Assembly (NCBI GenBank): GCA_965231155.1
Contig: OZ246418.1
Coordinates: 110,850-174,849 of the forward strand
DNA length: 64,000 bases
DNA from: an uncultured Candidatus Saccharibacteria bacterium
Lineage (GTDB): Bacteria > Patescibacteriota > Minisyncoccia > UBA6257 > 2-01-FULL-56-20
Direction of reading: 5' to 3'
Of this stretch, positions 10,035 through 19,514 are shown one piece after another. The position numbers and the translations under genes are program-made. The notes under the pieces were generated by a model. The model was not told the DNA's origin, searched no databases, and was given only the letters and a program-made list of their open reading frames with translations. Positions within the stretch are counted from its first letter, which is position 1. The number at the start of each line of letters is the position of its first letter.

Positions 10035-10313
10035 CTAGCGACGGACCCAACGACGAGCGCGTTCAGTAGCTTCCCTGATGAGTTCCTTTTGCTGAAGTTC
10101 TCTATATGCCGCTCGAGCGGCAACCTCCTTATTGCGCTTGATCCGAAGATCGATCACCGAGATACCAAGACACTCGGCATCGACTCGGTCTTCCTCGCGT
10201 TGACGAGCTTGATTGGCTCGCTTCCGAATGGAAGCCTTCCTCTGGCCAGGATGACCATGAGTGGCCATGATTTTCCGAGGTTTCAGACTGCCGACTACTG
10301 ATTTTCCAAACAT
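10035..10313 (-). CDS. small basic orphan protein
   Basis: AGGAGGT SD before ATG 10313 (track start 10367 is inside the -35 box); TTGACG-17-TAAAAA promoter; Arg/Glu-rich helical sequence. Confidence 0.6.
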   Translation of the reverse strand: MFGKSVVGSLKPRKIMATHGHPGQRKASIRKRANQARQREEDRVDAECLGISVIDLRIKRNKEVAARAAYRELQQKELIREATERARRWVRR

Positions 10314-10406
10314 ACAAGCACCTCCTCGTGCCACGCTGTTTTTACCATCCCATAAAGGTACCGTCAATTTGTCGACTTTAAAAACAGGTCTTATACTCTA
10401 AAACCA

Positions 10407-11243
10407 ATGTCTCCTAGCACCAAAAAAATCGTCATCTGGATCGTTGGCGCGTTCGCACTTATCGGCTTCATCTTCACGATGGTTTTTATTGCCATGCAGT
10501 TTGGTCTTTTGAATGTCCGAGGCTCGATTAGTGAACGAAACTCTTTCTTCGAGAACACAAAAGATACTCCCTCTTGCACAGACCAGGGAAGAACAATCTG
10601 CGACTGGAACACTACTGCCGAATGGGAAGCGATTAAGGGCGGACTCCTCAAAGATGAATCAATCATCTCTCGAGTAAGCACTGAAACGGGAGTTGCAGAA
10701 CGGATGATTGTGGCCGTAGTGGTGCCTGAGCAAACCCGCTTTTTTACTTCCGAACGAGAAGAGTTTAAAAGATATTTCGAACCACTAAAGATTCTCGGCT
10801 CCCTCTCTCAGTTCTCTCTAGGCGTTTCGGGTATTAAACAAGAAACTGCGAGACTGATAGAAGCCTACGCGGCCAGCACTACTTCTCCTTTTTATCCTGG
10901 GACAGGTATGGCCGAACTGATTCGATACTCCGCAACAACTACGAATCACGATACAGAACTCTACAACCGCCTGACCGACTCGAAAAATCACTACTACTCG
11001 TATCTCTATACCGCGCTTTATATCAAAGAAATCGAATCTCAGTGGGAAAAAGCGGGATATGACGTGAGTAAAAAACCAGAAGTGATCGTCACCCTCTTTA
11101 ATATTGGGTTTCAGGGATCAAATCCCAATCCCCAACCAAAAACTGGTGGGGCGATTATTACAGTTGGTGGGAAGCAGTATACTTATGGAGAACTGGGAAG
11201 TGCTTTTTACTTCTCCGACGAACTGCCCGAATTTACACGGTAA
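10407..11243 (+). CDS. membrane-anchored protein with putative lysozyme-like (lytic transglycosylase-type) domain
   Basis: N-terminal TM; VVVPEQ (candidate catalytic Glu), SLGVSGIK and TLFNIG in lysozyme-superfamily order. Confidence 0.55.
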   Translation: MSPSTKKIVIWIVGAFALIGFIFTMVFIAMQFGLLNVRGSISERNSFFENTKDTPSCTDQGRTICDWNTTAEWEAIKGGLLKDESIISRVSTETGVAERMIVAVVVPEQTRFFTSEREEFKRYFEPLKILGSLSQFSLGVSGIKQETARLIEAYAASTTSPFYPGTGMAELIRYSATTTNHDTELYNRLTDSKNHYYSYLYTALYIKEIESQWEKAGYDVSKKPEVIVTLFNIGFQGSNPNPQPKTGGAIITVGGKQYTYGELGSAFYFSDELPEFTR

Positions 11244-11263
11244 CAATTCGTCTTCCCCTTCTC

Positions 11264-11482
11264 ATGAAGCTATCTATTACCGTAAAACCAAATTCGAAAA
11301 GAGAAACGATTAATCAGATAGACGAGACACATCTGGAGATCTGGACCAACTCCCCTGCAACTGAAGGTAAGGCGAATGCAGCGGTCATCATCGCCTTGGC
11401 TAAACACTTAAAGATTCCGAAATCAAGAATTAGCATTGTGAATGGCTTGAAATCGAAAAAGAAAGTAGTAGAAATTACCTAG
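11264..11482 (+). CDS. DUF167/YggU family protein
   Basis: VKPNSK...PATEGKANAAVI..LAKHL...G.KSKKK. Confidence 0.9.
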   Translation: MKLSITVKPNSKRETINQIDETHLEIWTNSPATEGKANAAVIIALAKHLKIPKSRISIVNGLKSKKKVVEIT

Positions 11483-11483
11483 C

Positions 11484-11741
11484 GTGCCCTACTTTGTTTA
11501 TATTCTCCAGTGTGCTGATCAAAGTCTCTATACAGGAATCACCACTGACCTGAAGCGACGACTCCAGGAACATAAAGATGGAAAGGGTGGTGGCTATACC
11601 CGAGGACATTCTGCCGTTCGAATGATCTATAAAGAAGAACTTGCCACTCGAAGCCTAGCCCTCAAGCGTGAAGCCGAGATCAAAACCTGGAAACGAGAGA
11701 AGAAACTACAGTTGATTAAATCTGCCAAGAAGATAGGATAG
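11484..11741 (+). CDS. GIY-YIG nuclease family protein (UPF0213/YazA-like)
   Basis: YFVYILQCAD.SLYTGITTDLKRRL.EH..GKG..YTR; ALKREAEIK. Confidence 0.92.
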   Translation: MPYFVYILQCADQSLYTGITTDLKRRLQEHKDGKGGGYTRGHSAVRMIYKEELATRSLALKREAEIKTWKREKKLQLIKSAKKIG

Positions 11742-11745
11742 AAAA

Positions 11746-12198
11746 ATGATTCCCCAAGATATTTTTGACTATTTAAGAACTCAACACATCTGCGTGCTCT
11801 CGGTGGAAATGCTTGATGGATCACCCCACGCAGCAACAGTTCACTTTGCGCACACCGAAGATCCATTTCTTTTCTTTTTCGAAACCTATCGCGACTACCG
11901 AAAAGCTGAACCACTTTTTGGCCGAGAAATCACCCGGGCCTCAATGGTTGTTGGTTGTGACGAAAACAACATGAAAACTCTACAGCTTGATGGTAATGTT
12001 CGCCTGATTCAACCGGAGGATAAACAAAAATTTGAAATAGTGTATCTGGAAAAATTCCCCAAGAAAAAAGAAAAGTCCATGGACCCGAAATTTGTGCCGT
12101 TTCTTTTCACTCCGACTTGGTGGCGCTTTACTGACTGGACCAGGCCAGAGGGGAAGATAATCCTTGTTTCCGACCAAAATGAGAAGACTAGGCAATAG
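11746..12198 (+). CDS. pyridoxamine 5'-phosphate oxidase-like FMN-binding split-barrel protein
   Basis: CVLS...DGSPHAATVHFA, RK, TLQLDG, FTPTWWRFTD. Confidence 0.75.
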   Translation: MIPQDIFDYLRTQHICVLSVEMLDGSPHAATVHFAHTEDPFLFFFETYRDYRKAEPLFGREITRASMVVGCDENNMKTLQLDGNVRLIQPEDKQKFEIVYLEKFPKKKEKSMDPKFVPFLFTPTWWRFTDWTRPEGKIILVSDQNEKTRQ

Positions 12199-12223
12199 CT
12201 GAAAATGGTATAGAATGGAAGGT

Positions 12224-12661
12224 ATGAAAAAAATCATTCAGGGAGTCATCCTCCTTTTAGTACTGCTTTTAATTGGTTTTGGTATCTATAGCTACCAGCA
12301 GGGTGCGAACTCACCGCTCCCGAACCCGATGGTCTCAAACACAGTCTACTCCTGGATGTTCACTGAGTTAGGAGAAGATAAAACCACAGGAATCCCAATG
12401 ACCAAGATGGGTCTCCAAACAGGAGGTAAGACCTATGAACTGGGAACATATCAGGGTAGTTGTACTGAAATTACTCAGTCGGCCTGGAAGCTCTTACCAA
12501 ATGAGAGAACGGGCGTCATCTGTTGGCATGCAGGCGCTGGTAAAGAAATTGGCGTCTTTGAAGAAAATGGAGTTCGATCGATTAGAGTTGGCGATTTAGA
12601 CGAAGGTACTGCAGAAAATGCAGGAACTCGTGGAAGCTTTGTCATCCGAGAAACTCTTTAA
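12224..12661 (+). CDS. hypothetical exported protein
   Basis: N-terminal TM; GTYQGSC and CWHAGAG motifs. ATG 12224 lies 7 nt after TAGAAT (track start 12215 overlaps the box). Confidence 0.7.
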   Translation: MKKIIQGVILLLVLLLIGFGIYSYQQGANSPLPNPMVSNTVYSWMFTELGEDKTTGIPMTKMGLQTGGKTYELGTYQGSCTEITQSAWKLLPNERTGVICWHAGAGKEIGVFEENGVRSIRVGDLDEGTAENAGTRGSFVIRETL

Positions 12662-13207
12662 ATGGAAATAGAGAACGGGAAATACTACGAACTCGGTCCA
12701 CGAACCTACTGGTTGATGCTTTTGGAGTGGAGCGGTGGCACGGTTATTCTCCTGCTTCTCGCACTCTCATTCCAACTGGCAAGAATTTTTATTGTGCTAC
12801 CTTTTATAACGGTAGCGTTTCTCAACTTCTTCACCCAAATCGCCCTGGGATTAGCCATCCTCGCTCAACTTCTAGCATTCTTTATGACCTGGCTTCAGTA
12901 TGGAGTATGTCGAGTGATGCTTGATACCGTCTCTCTCCGTATCGTTCGAGGCTTAATTAGTAAGCATGAGATGGCTCTCCCCTTTCGGCGCATCCAGAGC
13001 GTAGAAATCCAACAAAATCCAGTTCAAAGAATTTTTGGAATCGGCCATCTGGTTATTTCCACCACTACCGACCTCGATCATCCTGGCGAACGGAAAGATC
13101 TTTCTGAGCAAGAAATTATCTCAATGATGGACTACAACCTGGCGCAGGCTGTGGCCAGTACGCTCACTCACCGAGCTGAAGTTGAGCGTATGAGAATGGA
13201 AAAATAA
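12662..13207 (+). CDS. bacterial PH domain (bPH_2/YdbS-like) membrane protein
   Basis: Two TM segments, then RGLISK...LPFRRIQSVEIQQNPVQRIFGIGHLVIST. Confidence 0.85.
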   Translation: MEIENGKYYELGPRTYWLMLLEWSGGTVILLLLALSFQLARIFIVLPFITVAFLNFFTQIALGLAILAQLLAFFMTWLQYGVCRVMLDTVSLRIVRGLISKHEMALPFRRIQSVEIQQNPVQRIFGIGHLVISTTTDLDHPGERKDLSEQEIISMMDYNLAQAVASTLTHRAEVERMRMEK

Positions 13208-13222
13208 CATTCCTATTCAACA

Positions 13223-13372
13223 ATGCGTATTAAATGGAATGAAGTAACTTGGTACTCAAAAATTCTAGCTATTATTCTCTTTGTTGGTGTCTTCTGGCTT
13301 GGATTTTATCTTGGACAGAAATATGGCTTTACACAAGGAGTTCTCGAAGGAACGCCCGAAGTGAGACTCTAG
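13223..13372 (+). CDS. small single-TM protein (49 aa)
   Basis: Below the ORF-track cutoff. Manual translation MRIKWNEVTWYSKILAIILFVGVFWLGFYLGQKYGFTQGVLEGTPEVRL* fills the gap between two co-directional genes. Confidence 0.7.
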   Translation: MRIKWNEVTWYSKILAIILFVGVFWLGFYLGQKYGFTQGVLEGTPEVRL

Positions 13373-13378
13373 GCAAAA

Positions 13379-13861
13379 ATGTGGCTCACTATTGCCCTCA
13401 CAAAAATATCGCCCACACATCATCGATTCGAATACCATGGAGAAAATGGTGCGGGCGAGTCTCTTGAGTTGGAAACTAAAACCTTCCTCTTTCACGACCT
13501 CCTCCACTTCGCAGTAGAAACAGAAGCGAAACTTCAAAACTCTTTTTACGGATTACTCGCAAAAAGCAAAAACTACGCCTCACTTTCTGAGACCCCAGAA
13601 ATCTTAGGTTTCCAAGCACATGAGATCGCCGTCACCGAACGTGTAGTTGGAGCTCTTACTAGCGTCATCAAAGGAAGCAATCAACCCGATCGTTTTATTC
13701 TGATGATGGAAAATATGTTAGAGGCTACCCAGGAACCTCTCCCCTCCTGGCTAACTCAAGAATTTGTCATTCGCGTTCAGGAGCGTATGCGAAAACTCCT
13801 CGGTCAGTGGCACGGTACACCCTTCGGAAAGACCATGGAACTCACCATAGAGATTCTCTAA
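13379..13861 (+). CDS. hypothetical protein with HDLLH..VE motif (possible metal-binding)
   Basis: 160 aa ORF in an operon context; HDLLHFAVE...SFYG...E.VVG. Confidence 0.7.
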   Translation: MWLTIALTKISPTHHRFEYHGENGAGESLELETKTFLFHDLLHFAVETEAKLQNSFYGLLAKSKNYASLSETPEILGFQAHEIAVTERVVGALTSVIKGSNQPDRFILMMENMLEATQEPLPSWLTQEFVIRVQERMRKLLGQWHGTPFGKTMELTIEIL

Positions 13862-13883
13862 TTGATTCGTTATAATACTCAGT

Positions 13884-14501
13884 ATGAATAAAAATATATT
13901 ATTTGCAGTAGTCGGCGTGGTGGTTGTAATCGCGGGAGCTGGCCTCTATCTCACGAATAAACCGTCAGGAATGAATCTAGGAACAGAAGGTTCACTGAAG
14001 AACCTCCTCGCCTTTCAAGGGTCACAGAAATGTACCCTCGACAGTCAGTCGGGCCTCGCAGATTCAACCGGTGAGGTATATATCTCCTATGGCAAGATGC
14101 GCGGAGACTTCATCTCCACTGCTCAGGGACAGACTATTAAAAGCCATATGGTTATTAACGGAAACACGAGCTACGTCTGGACCGATATGTTAAACCAAGG
14201 ATTCAAAATTCCTCTTGAAAAAATGACTGCTGCAGGAGCAGATCAGAAGCAAGGTGTTGATTTAAACCAATCACTCAGGTATTCCTGCGCTCCCTGGGTC
14301 GAAGATGCGACACTCCTCACTCCGCCAATCGATATACAATTCAACGATATGAGTTCGATGATGAACCAAGTGACTTCTCCAATAAATCAAAAAGCAAACA
14401 ATAGTACTGCAAGCTCTCTTCAGGCTCAGTGTGGCGCATGCGACCAAGCCCCAGATGCTACAGTCAAAGCTCAGTGTCGTGCGGTTCTCGGGTGTAAGTA
14501 A
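13884..14501 (+). CDS. hypothetical exported protein with Cys-rich C-terminal tail
   Basis: N-terminal TM; QKCT, GKMRGDF, YVW, YSCAPW; tail CGACDQAP...QCRAVLGC. TATAAT 7 nt before ATG. Confidence 0.8.
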   Translation: MNKNILFAVVGVVVVIAGAGLYLTNKPSGMNLGTEGSLKNLLAFQGSQKCTLDSQSGLADSTGEVYISYGKMRGDFISTAQGQTIKSHMVINGNTSYVWTDMLNQGFKIPLEKMTAAGADQKQGVDLNQSLRYSCAPWVEDATLLTPPIDIQFNDMSSMMNQVTSPINQKANNSTASSLQAQCGACDQAPDATVKAQCRAVLGCK

Positions 14502-14521
14502 AAAATATCTATTGAGAAAAT

Positions 14522-14551
14522 AAAAAAGCGCCGACCTTATAGGCTGGCGCT
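14522..14551. terminator. intrinsic terminator between convergent genes
   Basis: AGCGCC..CCT-TAT-AGG..GGCGCT with 5' A-run. Confidence 0.55.
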
Positions 14552-15628
14552 GATAAACTTTTTTTTCGTTGGACGGCTGACCCCAAAATCGATACCGGTC
14601 AACAAGCCCAAGCGTCGCAACGACTCCCGAGAAGTCATCACACTCTGCTGAACAGAGAAGATGACAACCAAGGGATCGCTGGCTTTTAAGCACATCGAAA
14701 CGAACCAGGCGTAATCACCAGCGGTAGCCGTGCCGTTCGCTACCCATGAACCAATGATGATCATCGCAGTCGCCTTCCAGGTCAGTGCAATAATTCCCCT
14801 AACTGGAAGCTGGTAGATGAGACGCCACGTTTCGGCCTCTCTGGTGGCTCGAACATACCTCTGCCACCACGATCGGCAATCTTCGATCGTTCGTTCCTTT
14901 TGAAAGTGGGCTGGATCGTAAACCAAGAACTCATGCTCTCGGATCTGGAACATGGCTTCGTTCTTTGAGGCGTATGGCCTTTTCAGTTCTTCGTCCATAA
15001 GAAGGATCACGAAGAGGTCTGCCACCATTCCACAGAAAACGACCAGTAAGAGGGTTGGGCTCATCCAACCAAGTATTCCTATAAGGACGAATCCTCTAAG
15101 AATAAATACTGGGTCGCGGAAAAGCATCTCCGTGAGATTCAAGGCTACCAACCTACCCTCTTGAGCAATTGGTGCCTCTCGCCCACTCACCTCTCCATCT
15201 GCCCGATCTGAGCCTGCCTGCAAACAAAGGAGGCTCAGATGTTTTTCGAAATAAGGCCGAAAGTTCCTGGCCAAGTAGAGATCTCGAAAAAACGGTACGA
15301 TGATGCTGTGTGGAGCATCGATCATAACGATGGAAATCATGACTAGTGCCAGAACCTGGAAAAACGACGCTCCCGGAAACTGATCCACGCCCCATTTAAA
15401 GATGAGGGGCTGAATGGCGTCCCAAAGAGCAGCCAAGGCATTCATCAAGAAGATAATGCCAGTCTGTCTTCGGAAGGGTTGTGCGAGAATCAGGAGCCCG
15501 GAAATGATTCCTGGAACCTCCGTCCTCCATTCGTGCGCCCGTCGGAAGACGAGCGAAAGAACGAGCATGAGCCTCTCCAGGAGTCGACGAGGCATCTGCC
15601 GAATTCTGCGAAGCAGTCTCTCTTTCAT
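14537..15628 (-). CDS. stand-alone ABC-exporter-type transmembrane domain (no ATPase domain)
   Basis: Helix pattern of an ABC exporter TMD (QPLIFKWGVD; WVANGTATAGD..F....PL); ends without Walker motifs. Confidence 0.6.
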   Translation of the reverse strand: MKERLLRRIRQMPRRLLERLMLVLSLVFRRAHEWRTEVPGIISGLLILAQPFRRQTGIIFLMNALAALWDAIQPLIFKWGVDQFPGASFFQVLALVMISIVMIDAPHSIIVPFFRDLYLARNFRPYFEKHLSLLCLQAGSDRADGEVSGREAPIAQEGRLVALNLTEMLFRDPVFILRGFVLIGILGWMSPTLLLVVFCGMVADLFVILLMDEELKRPYASKNEAMFQIREHEFLVYDPAHFQKERTIEDCRSWWQRYVRATREAETWRLIYQLPVRGIIALTWKATAMIIIGSWVANGTATAGDYAWFVSMCLKASDPLVVIFSVQQSVMTSRESLRRLGLLTGIDFGVSRPTKKKFISASL

Positions 15629-15740
15629 TTCCCACCTTCCTCATGGATTACTCAAGAAGCTTCCCTACTTATATGAAATTAGGCTGGGTCACGCAAGCCA
15701 TTCGTCATAAGGCAAGAAATTCGTTGTATAATAAGTGACA

Positions 15741-17024
15741 ATGGATTTACCCAAAAAACGATGGCAATGGACTCCTCGATTTCTCAAGGCTCTTGGCCCA
15801 GGTGTGGTTACTGGCGCCGCTGACAACGACCCCTCTGGTATCGCCACCTACTCCCAAGCAGGTGCCCAGTTTGGTTATGGTCTGCTCTGGGCGATCCCCC
15901 TCCTCTATCCCTTAATGACCGCAGTGCAGGAAGCCTCAGCACGTATTGGTGCTGTGAAGAAAAAAGGTATCGCAGCGGTAACCAAAGATCATTATCCAAA
16001 AACGATACTTTACGCCATCATCAGCTTAATTTTTATCGCCAACACCATCAATATCGGTGCAGATATTGGCGCAATGGCAGCCTCTCTCGAGCTCGTGATA
16101 CCAGTTCCTTTTGCAGTGGGCATCTTCCTTTTCACTGCCATTATGTTAATCAGCGAAATCTTCATTCCCTACAGGAACTACATCAAACTACTCAAATGGT
16201 TAGTCGTGATTATGTTGGTCTACCCAATCACCATGCTTCTTGTAAATGAACCCTGGGGAGAAATTATTCAAGCCACTTTCATTCCTCACATAGAGATCAC
16301 TCCCGCCTTCCTCTTTGTGCTCACCGGCATCATCGGCACAACTATCTCTCCATACATGTTTTTCTGGCAAGCCTCCGAAGAAGTAGAGGATCAGATCTTG
16401 AGTGGTGAGATTTCGAAATCCTCAGTCAGTCCGCAGTTTATAAAAGATATGCGATTCGATAACGCCTTTGGCATGCTCTTCTCCCAACTTGTCACCTGGT
16501 CAATTATTGTGGTTACTGGGACCGTGCTTCACCAAAATGGGGTCACCAATATTACCAGTGCGGCCGATGCGGCAAGGGCGATAGAACCGCTGGTCAATAC
16601 CTTCCCCGGTTCGGGCTTCCTTGCCCAGCTAATCTTTGCCGTGGGTATTATTGGTCTTGGACTTCTCTCTGTACCAATTCTCGCCGGCTCAGCCGCCTAT
16701 GCGATCGCCGAAGCATTCAACTGGCATGAAGGACTCTACAAAAAACTTCGGGAGGCTCACGGATTTTATGGAGTAATTATTCTTTCTATGCTCCTGGGAC
16801 TATGCATGAACTTTATTGGCATTGATCCAATCCAAGCATTAATCATCACCGCGGTAATTAACGCCGTTGTCTCTATCCCGCTCATCTTCCTCATCATTTC
16901 AATTTCTTCGAACAAAGAAATTATGGGTCATCATGCAAGTGGGCTACTATCAAAGACTTTCTTATGGTTGACCTTCATTGTCATCGTCGGTTCGGCTGTG
17001 GCAACGATGGCCACGATACTTTAA
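15741..17024 (+). CDS. NRAMP-family divalent metal transporter
   Basis: LGPGVVTGAADNDPSGIATYSQAGAQFGY and GTTISPYMFFWQ; many TM segments (track start 15735). Confidence 0.92.
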   Translation: MDLPKKRWQWTPRFLKALGPGVVTGAADNDPSGIATYSQAGAQFGYGLLWAIPLLYPLMTAVQEASARIGAVKKKGIAAVTKDHYPKTILYAIISLIFIANTINIGADIGAMAASLELVIPVPFAVGIFLFTAIMLISEIFIPYRNYIKLLKWLVVIMLVYPITMLLVNEPWGEIIQATFIPHIEITPAFLFVLTGIIGTTISPYMFFWQASEEVEDQILSGEISKSSVSPQFIKDMRFDNAFGMLFSQLVTWSIIVVTGTVLHQNGVTNITSAADAARAIEPLVNTFPGSGFLAQLIFAVGIIGLGLLSVPILAGSAAYAIAEAFNWHEGLYKKLREAHGFYGVIILSMLLGLCMNFIGIDPIQALIITAVINAVVSIPLIFLIISISSNKEIMGHHASGLLSKTFLWLTFIVIVGSAVATMATIL

Positions 17025-17051
17025 AAAACTAATTCGAAAACCCGGTTTTAA

Positions 17052-17080
17052 TTGACATGGTTATTCCTATGTGTTATAAA
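17052..17080 (+). promoter_or_regulatory. sigma70-type promoter of orphan gene 17118
   Basis: TTGACA-17 nt-TATAAA with TG extension; GAGGTGA SD downstream. Confidence 0.6.
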
Positions 17081-17117
17081 AAATATAGTCCTACTTTATC
17101 TGTGAGGTGAAGAAGAT

Positions 17118-17411
17118 ATGTTGCATGAAGTGATTGCATCCCACCTAGAGGATGCCCATGTTTCTCCGGGAAGCCACTCCGGAAATTTCGAGATCCGAAC
17201 GAGAGAGAAGGTAACGCACGACTTTCTCTTGGAAATCGTCCGGCGATACTATTCGGGCCAGGGGAAGCAGCTGATCGGCAACGATCCGCTCCCCCTTGGA
17301 TTCCGGGTGTACGACGGAAAAACGCTCCTGGGGATGCTCGCGATTACCAACGCGACGACATGGGACGATCCCATGAGTCGCAAAATCATGGGGACTTTCA
17401 GCCCCCATTGA
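17118..17411 (+). CDS. orphan hypothetical protein (97 aa)
   Basis: Own promoter, SD and terminator; visibly GC-richer than its neighbours. Confidence 0.65.
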   Translation: MLHEVIASHLEDAHVSPGSHSGNFEIRTREKVTHDFLLEIVRRYYSGQGKQLIGNDPLPLGFRVYDGKTLLGMLAITNATTWDDPMSRKIMGTFSPH

Positions 17412-17435
17412 ACCTCCGTGACATGGAGACACTTC

Positions 17436-17469
17436 GCCCGTCTTACCAACTCTGGTAGGCGGGCTTTTT
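17436..17469 (+). terminator. intrinsic terminator
   Basis: GCCCGTCTTACCA-ACTC-TGGTAGGCGGGC followed by TTTTT. Confidence 0.75.
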
Positions 17470-18109
17470 ATTTCTTTGATTTATTTTTTAAACCTCCCCT
17501 CGTCCACTCGGTCATTTTACCGGCTTCAATCTCCACTGGATCGGCGCGTCGCAATTTTCTCTCTTGATTTTTCTGCAATATAGGAGAATGGAACGAGTCA
17601 TCAAGATCCTCGGGGATAGCCCAGAGATTATCCTCGGAGGTCAACCAACTATCTTCATAAGCCAGAAGACTGAACGGCCGAGAGTAGCTCCGCAAAGTCT
17701 TCCTCCCATCATCCAAGAAGTATTCATGGAAATAAGACAAAGCTAGTTCTCGTATGGTTTTGAAAATCGGTTCACGATACCGTAAAACTGCGTGATTCGT
17801 CTTACTCACCGCCCCCCACCGTCCTCGGTCTCTAAACAAAGCCACTACATGATCCATATCTGGTTCTGCGGTCTTTAGATCAAGGAGGAGCGGTCTTTCT
17901 CCGTGATACCAAAAAATAGCCGCCCCGAGCATCGCTCCCTCCATGCAGTGTGCCTTTCTTCTTTTCAAAATTGCGAGTGGCGAATGACACGTCTCTCCAT
18001 CATCTTCGAAATTCACGAAGAGATCATTGAGAAAGTCTTGAATTTTTGCTGGCGAGTTGAGACTTTGAAAGACTTCAAACTCTGGATTCTGAGCGGGAAA
18101 CTTTCTCAT
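17468..18109 (-). CDS. conserved hypothetical protein, transglutaminase/Cys-protease-like
   Basis: AHCMEGA (Cys), DHVVALF (His), WGAVSKTNH.LRYREP. Confidence 0.7.
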   Translation of the reverse strand: MRKFPAQNPEFEVFQSLNSPAKIQDFLNDLFVNFEDDGETCHSPLAILKRRKAHCMEGAMLGAAIFWYHGERPLLLDLKTAEPDMDHVVALFRDRGRWGAVSKTNHAVLRYREPIFKTIRELALSYFHEYFLDDGRKTLRSYSRPFSLLAYEDSWLTSEDNLWAIPEDLDDSFHSPILQKNQERKLRRADPVEIEAGKMTEWTRGGLKNKSKK

Positions 18110-18197
18110 ATATGAACCTATTATACCTTAAAAGCTCTACGGAAAAGATGATTTTTATGATAAACTAGGCGGGTATTCCAGATTCTTTATAGGAATT

Positions 18198-19511
18198 ATG
18201 CAACTCAAGAAACCAAAAATTATCCTCCACCGCAAAGAATACCTGAACGCCCTCCGGGTTGGTTGGTTTCTCGCACTTCGTCATCTGAAGCGCTCAAGCA
18301 AGGGAACAACTGGTCTGATCGTCTTTATTATGATTCTGACCTTCCTGAACCTTGTGGTTGTTTCTGGTCTTCTTGTGGGACTCATCACGGGCTCCTTTGT
18401 CCAGTTTAGAGAAAGCTACTCGGGAGATGTCATCGTCACTGCTGCTGCCGGCCGAGACTATATCGAAAACTCACCAGCCCTCGTCTCTTTCCTTGAAAAC
18501 CACCCGGCAGTCAAAGCTGTCTCTCCTCGCTATGCGAGAAGCGTGCAAATCATTGGAACTCTAAACAGAAACCCCAACAAGAATGAACGTCCTAACCAGA
18601 TTGGCGCGCGACTGGTTGGTCTCGATCCCCTAAAGGAGGAATCTGTAACTCGCTTCTCCCGTTTCGTGCAGTATGGAGAACCTCTTCGAGAGGGTGAAGA
18701 AGGATATATTCTGATGGGCGCAAACCTCCTTAAGAAATATTCTTCTTTTGCTGATGCCAATATTCCAGGCATCGACTTTCTTGGCGAGGTAGATGTCGGT
18801 AGCCGAGTACGTGTCGTCATCTCGCGAGAAAATGGTGATCCCATTATTAAAGATTTTATCGCTAAAGGCATTGTGAAGAGTAAGGTTGATGATATCTCAA
18901 CCCGATTCTTTGTCGTAACCAACGACCTCAAACGTCTCCTCCCGAGCAATAAAGAATTAGTCCAGGAAATTGCCGTCACTACTACCGACCCAAACTACGC
19001 CCCAGAACTTGTTCGTCAGATAAAATCCTTCATGGGTTCGAATGCCGCCCGTATCCAGACCTCCGACGAAGCGATTCCTTCCTTCTTACGAGATATCGAA
19101 ACCACTATGGCCGTCCTCGGTAACGCCTTATCTTCTATCGCCTTGGTTGTGGCTTCAATTACCGTCTTTATCGTGGTCTTCATCAATGCAGTCACGAAGA
19201 GAAAATTCATTGGCATTATGAAAGGTATTGGCATTAGTCCATTAGCCATCGAACTCTCCTATATATTCCAAGCCTTCTTTTATGGCGTCACTGGTTCAGC
19301 TATCGGTCTTCTCCTTACCTTTGGTTTTCTCCGTCCCTACTTCATGGCTAACCCAATCGACTTCCCTTTCTCCGATGGTATTCTTGTCGCTACCCCCGAC
19401 GGCGCAGCCATCCGCGTAGCCATTCTTCTCACCATCACGCTTCTCGCTGGCTATATCCCCGCAAAGACGATCGTGAAGAAAAATACCCTAGACTCAATCC
19501 TCGGACGATAA
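18198..19511 (+). CDS. ABC transporter permease, FtsX/MacB/LolE family
   Basis: TM1, large periplasmic domain, three C-terminal TMs; KRKFIGIMKGIG motif. Confidence 0.9.
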   Translation: MQLKKPKIILHRKEYLNALRVGWFLALRHLKRSSKGTTGLIVFIMILTFLNLVVVSGLLVGLITGSFVQFRESYSGDVIVTAAAGRDYIENSPALVSFLENHPAVKAVSPRYARSVQIIGTLNRNPNKNERPNQIGARLVGLDPLKEESVTRFSRFVQYGEPLREGEEGYILMGANLLKKYSSFADANIPGIDFLGEVDVGSRVRVVISRENGDPIIKDFIAKGIVKSKVDDISTRFFVVTNDLKRLLPSNKELVQEIAVTTTDPNYAPELVRQIKSFMGSNAARIQTSDEAIPSFLRDIETTMAVLGNALSSIALVVASITVFIVVFINAVTKRKFIGIMKGIGISPLAIELSYIFQAFFYGVTGSAIGLLLTFGFLRPYFMANPIDFPFSDGILVATPDGAAIRVAILLTITLLAGYIPAKTIVKKNTLDSILGR

Positions 19512-19514
19512 AAT

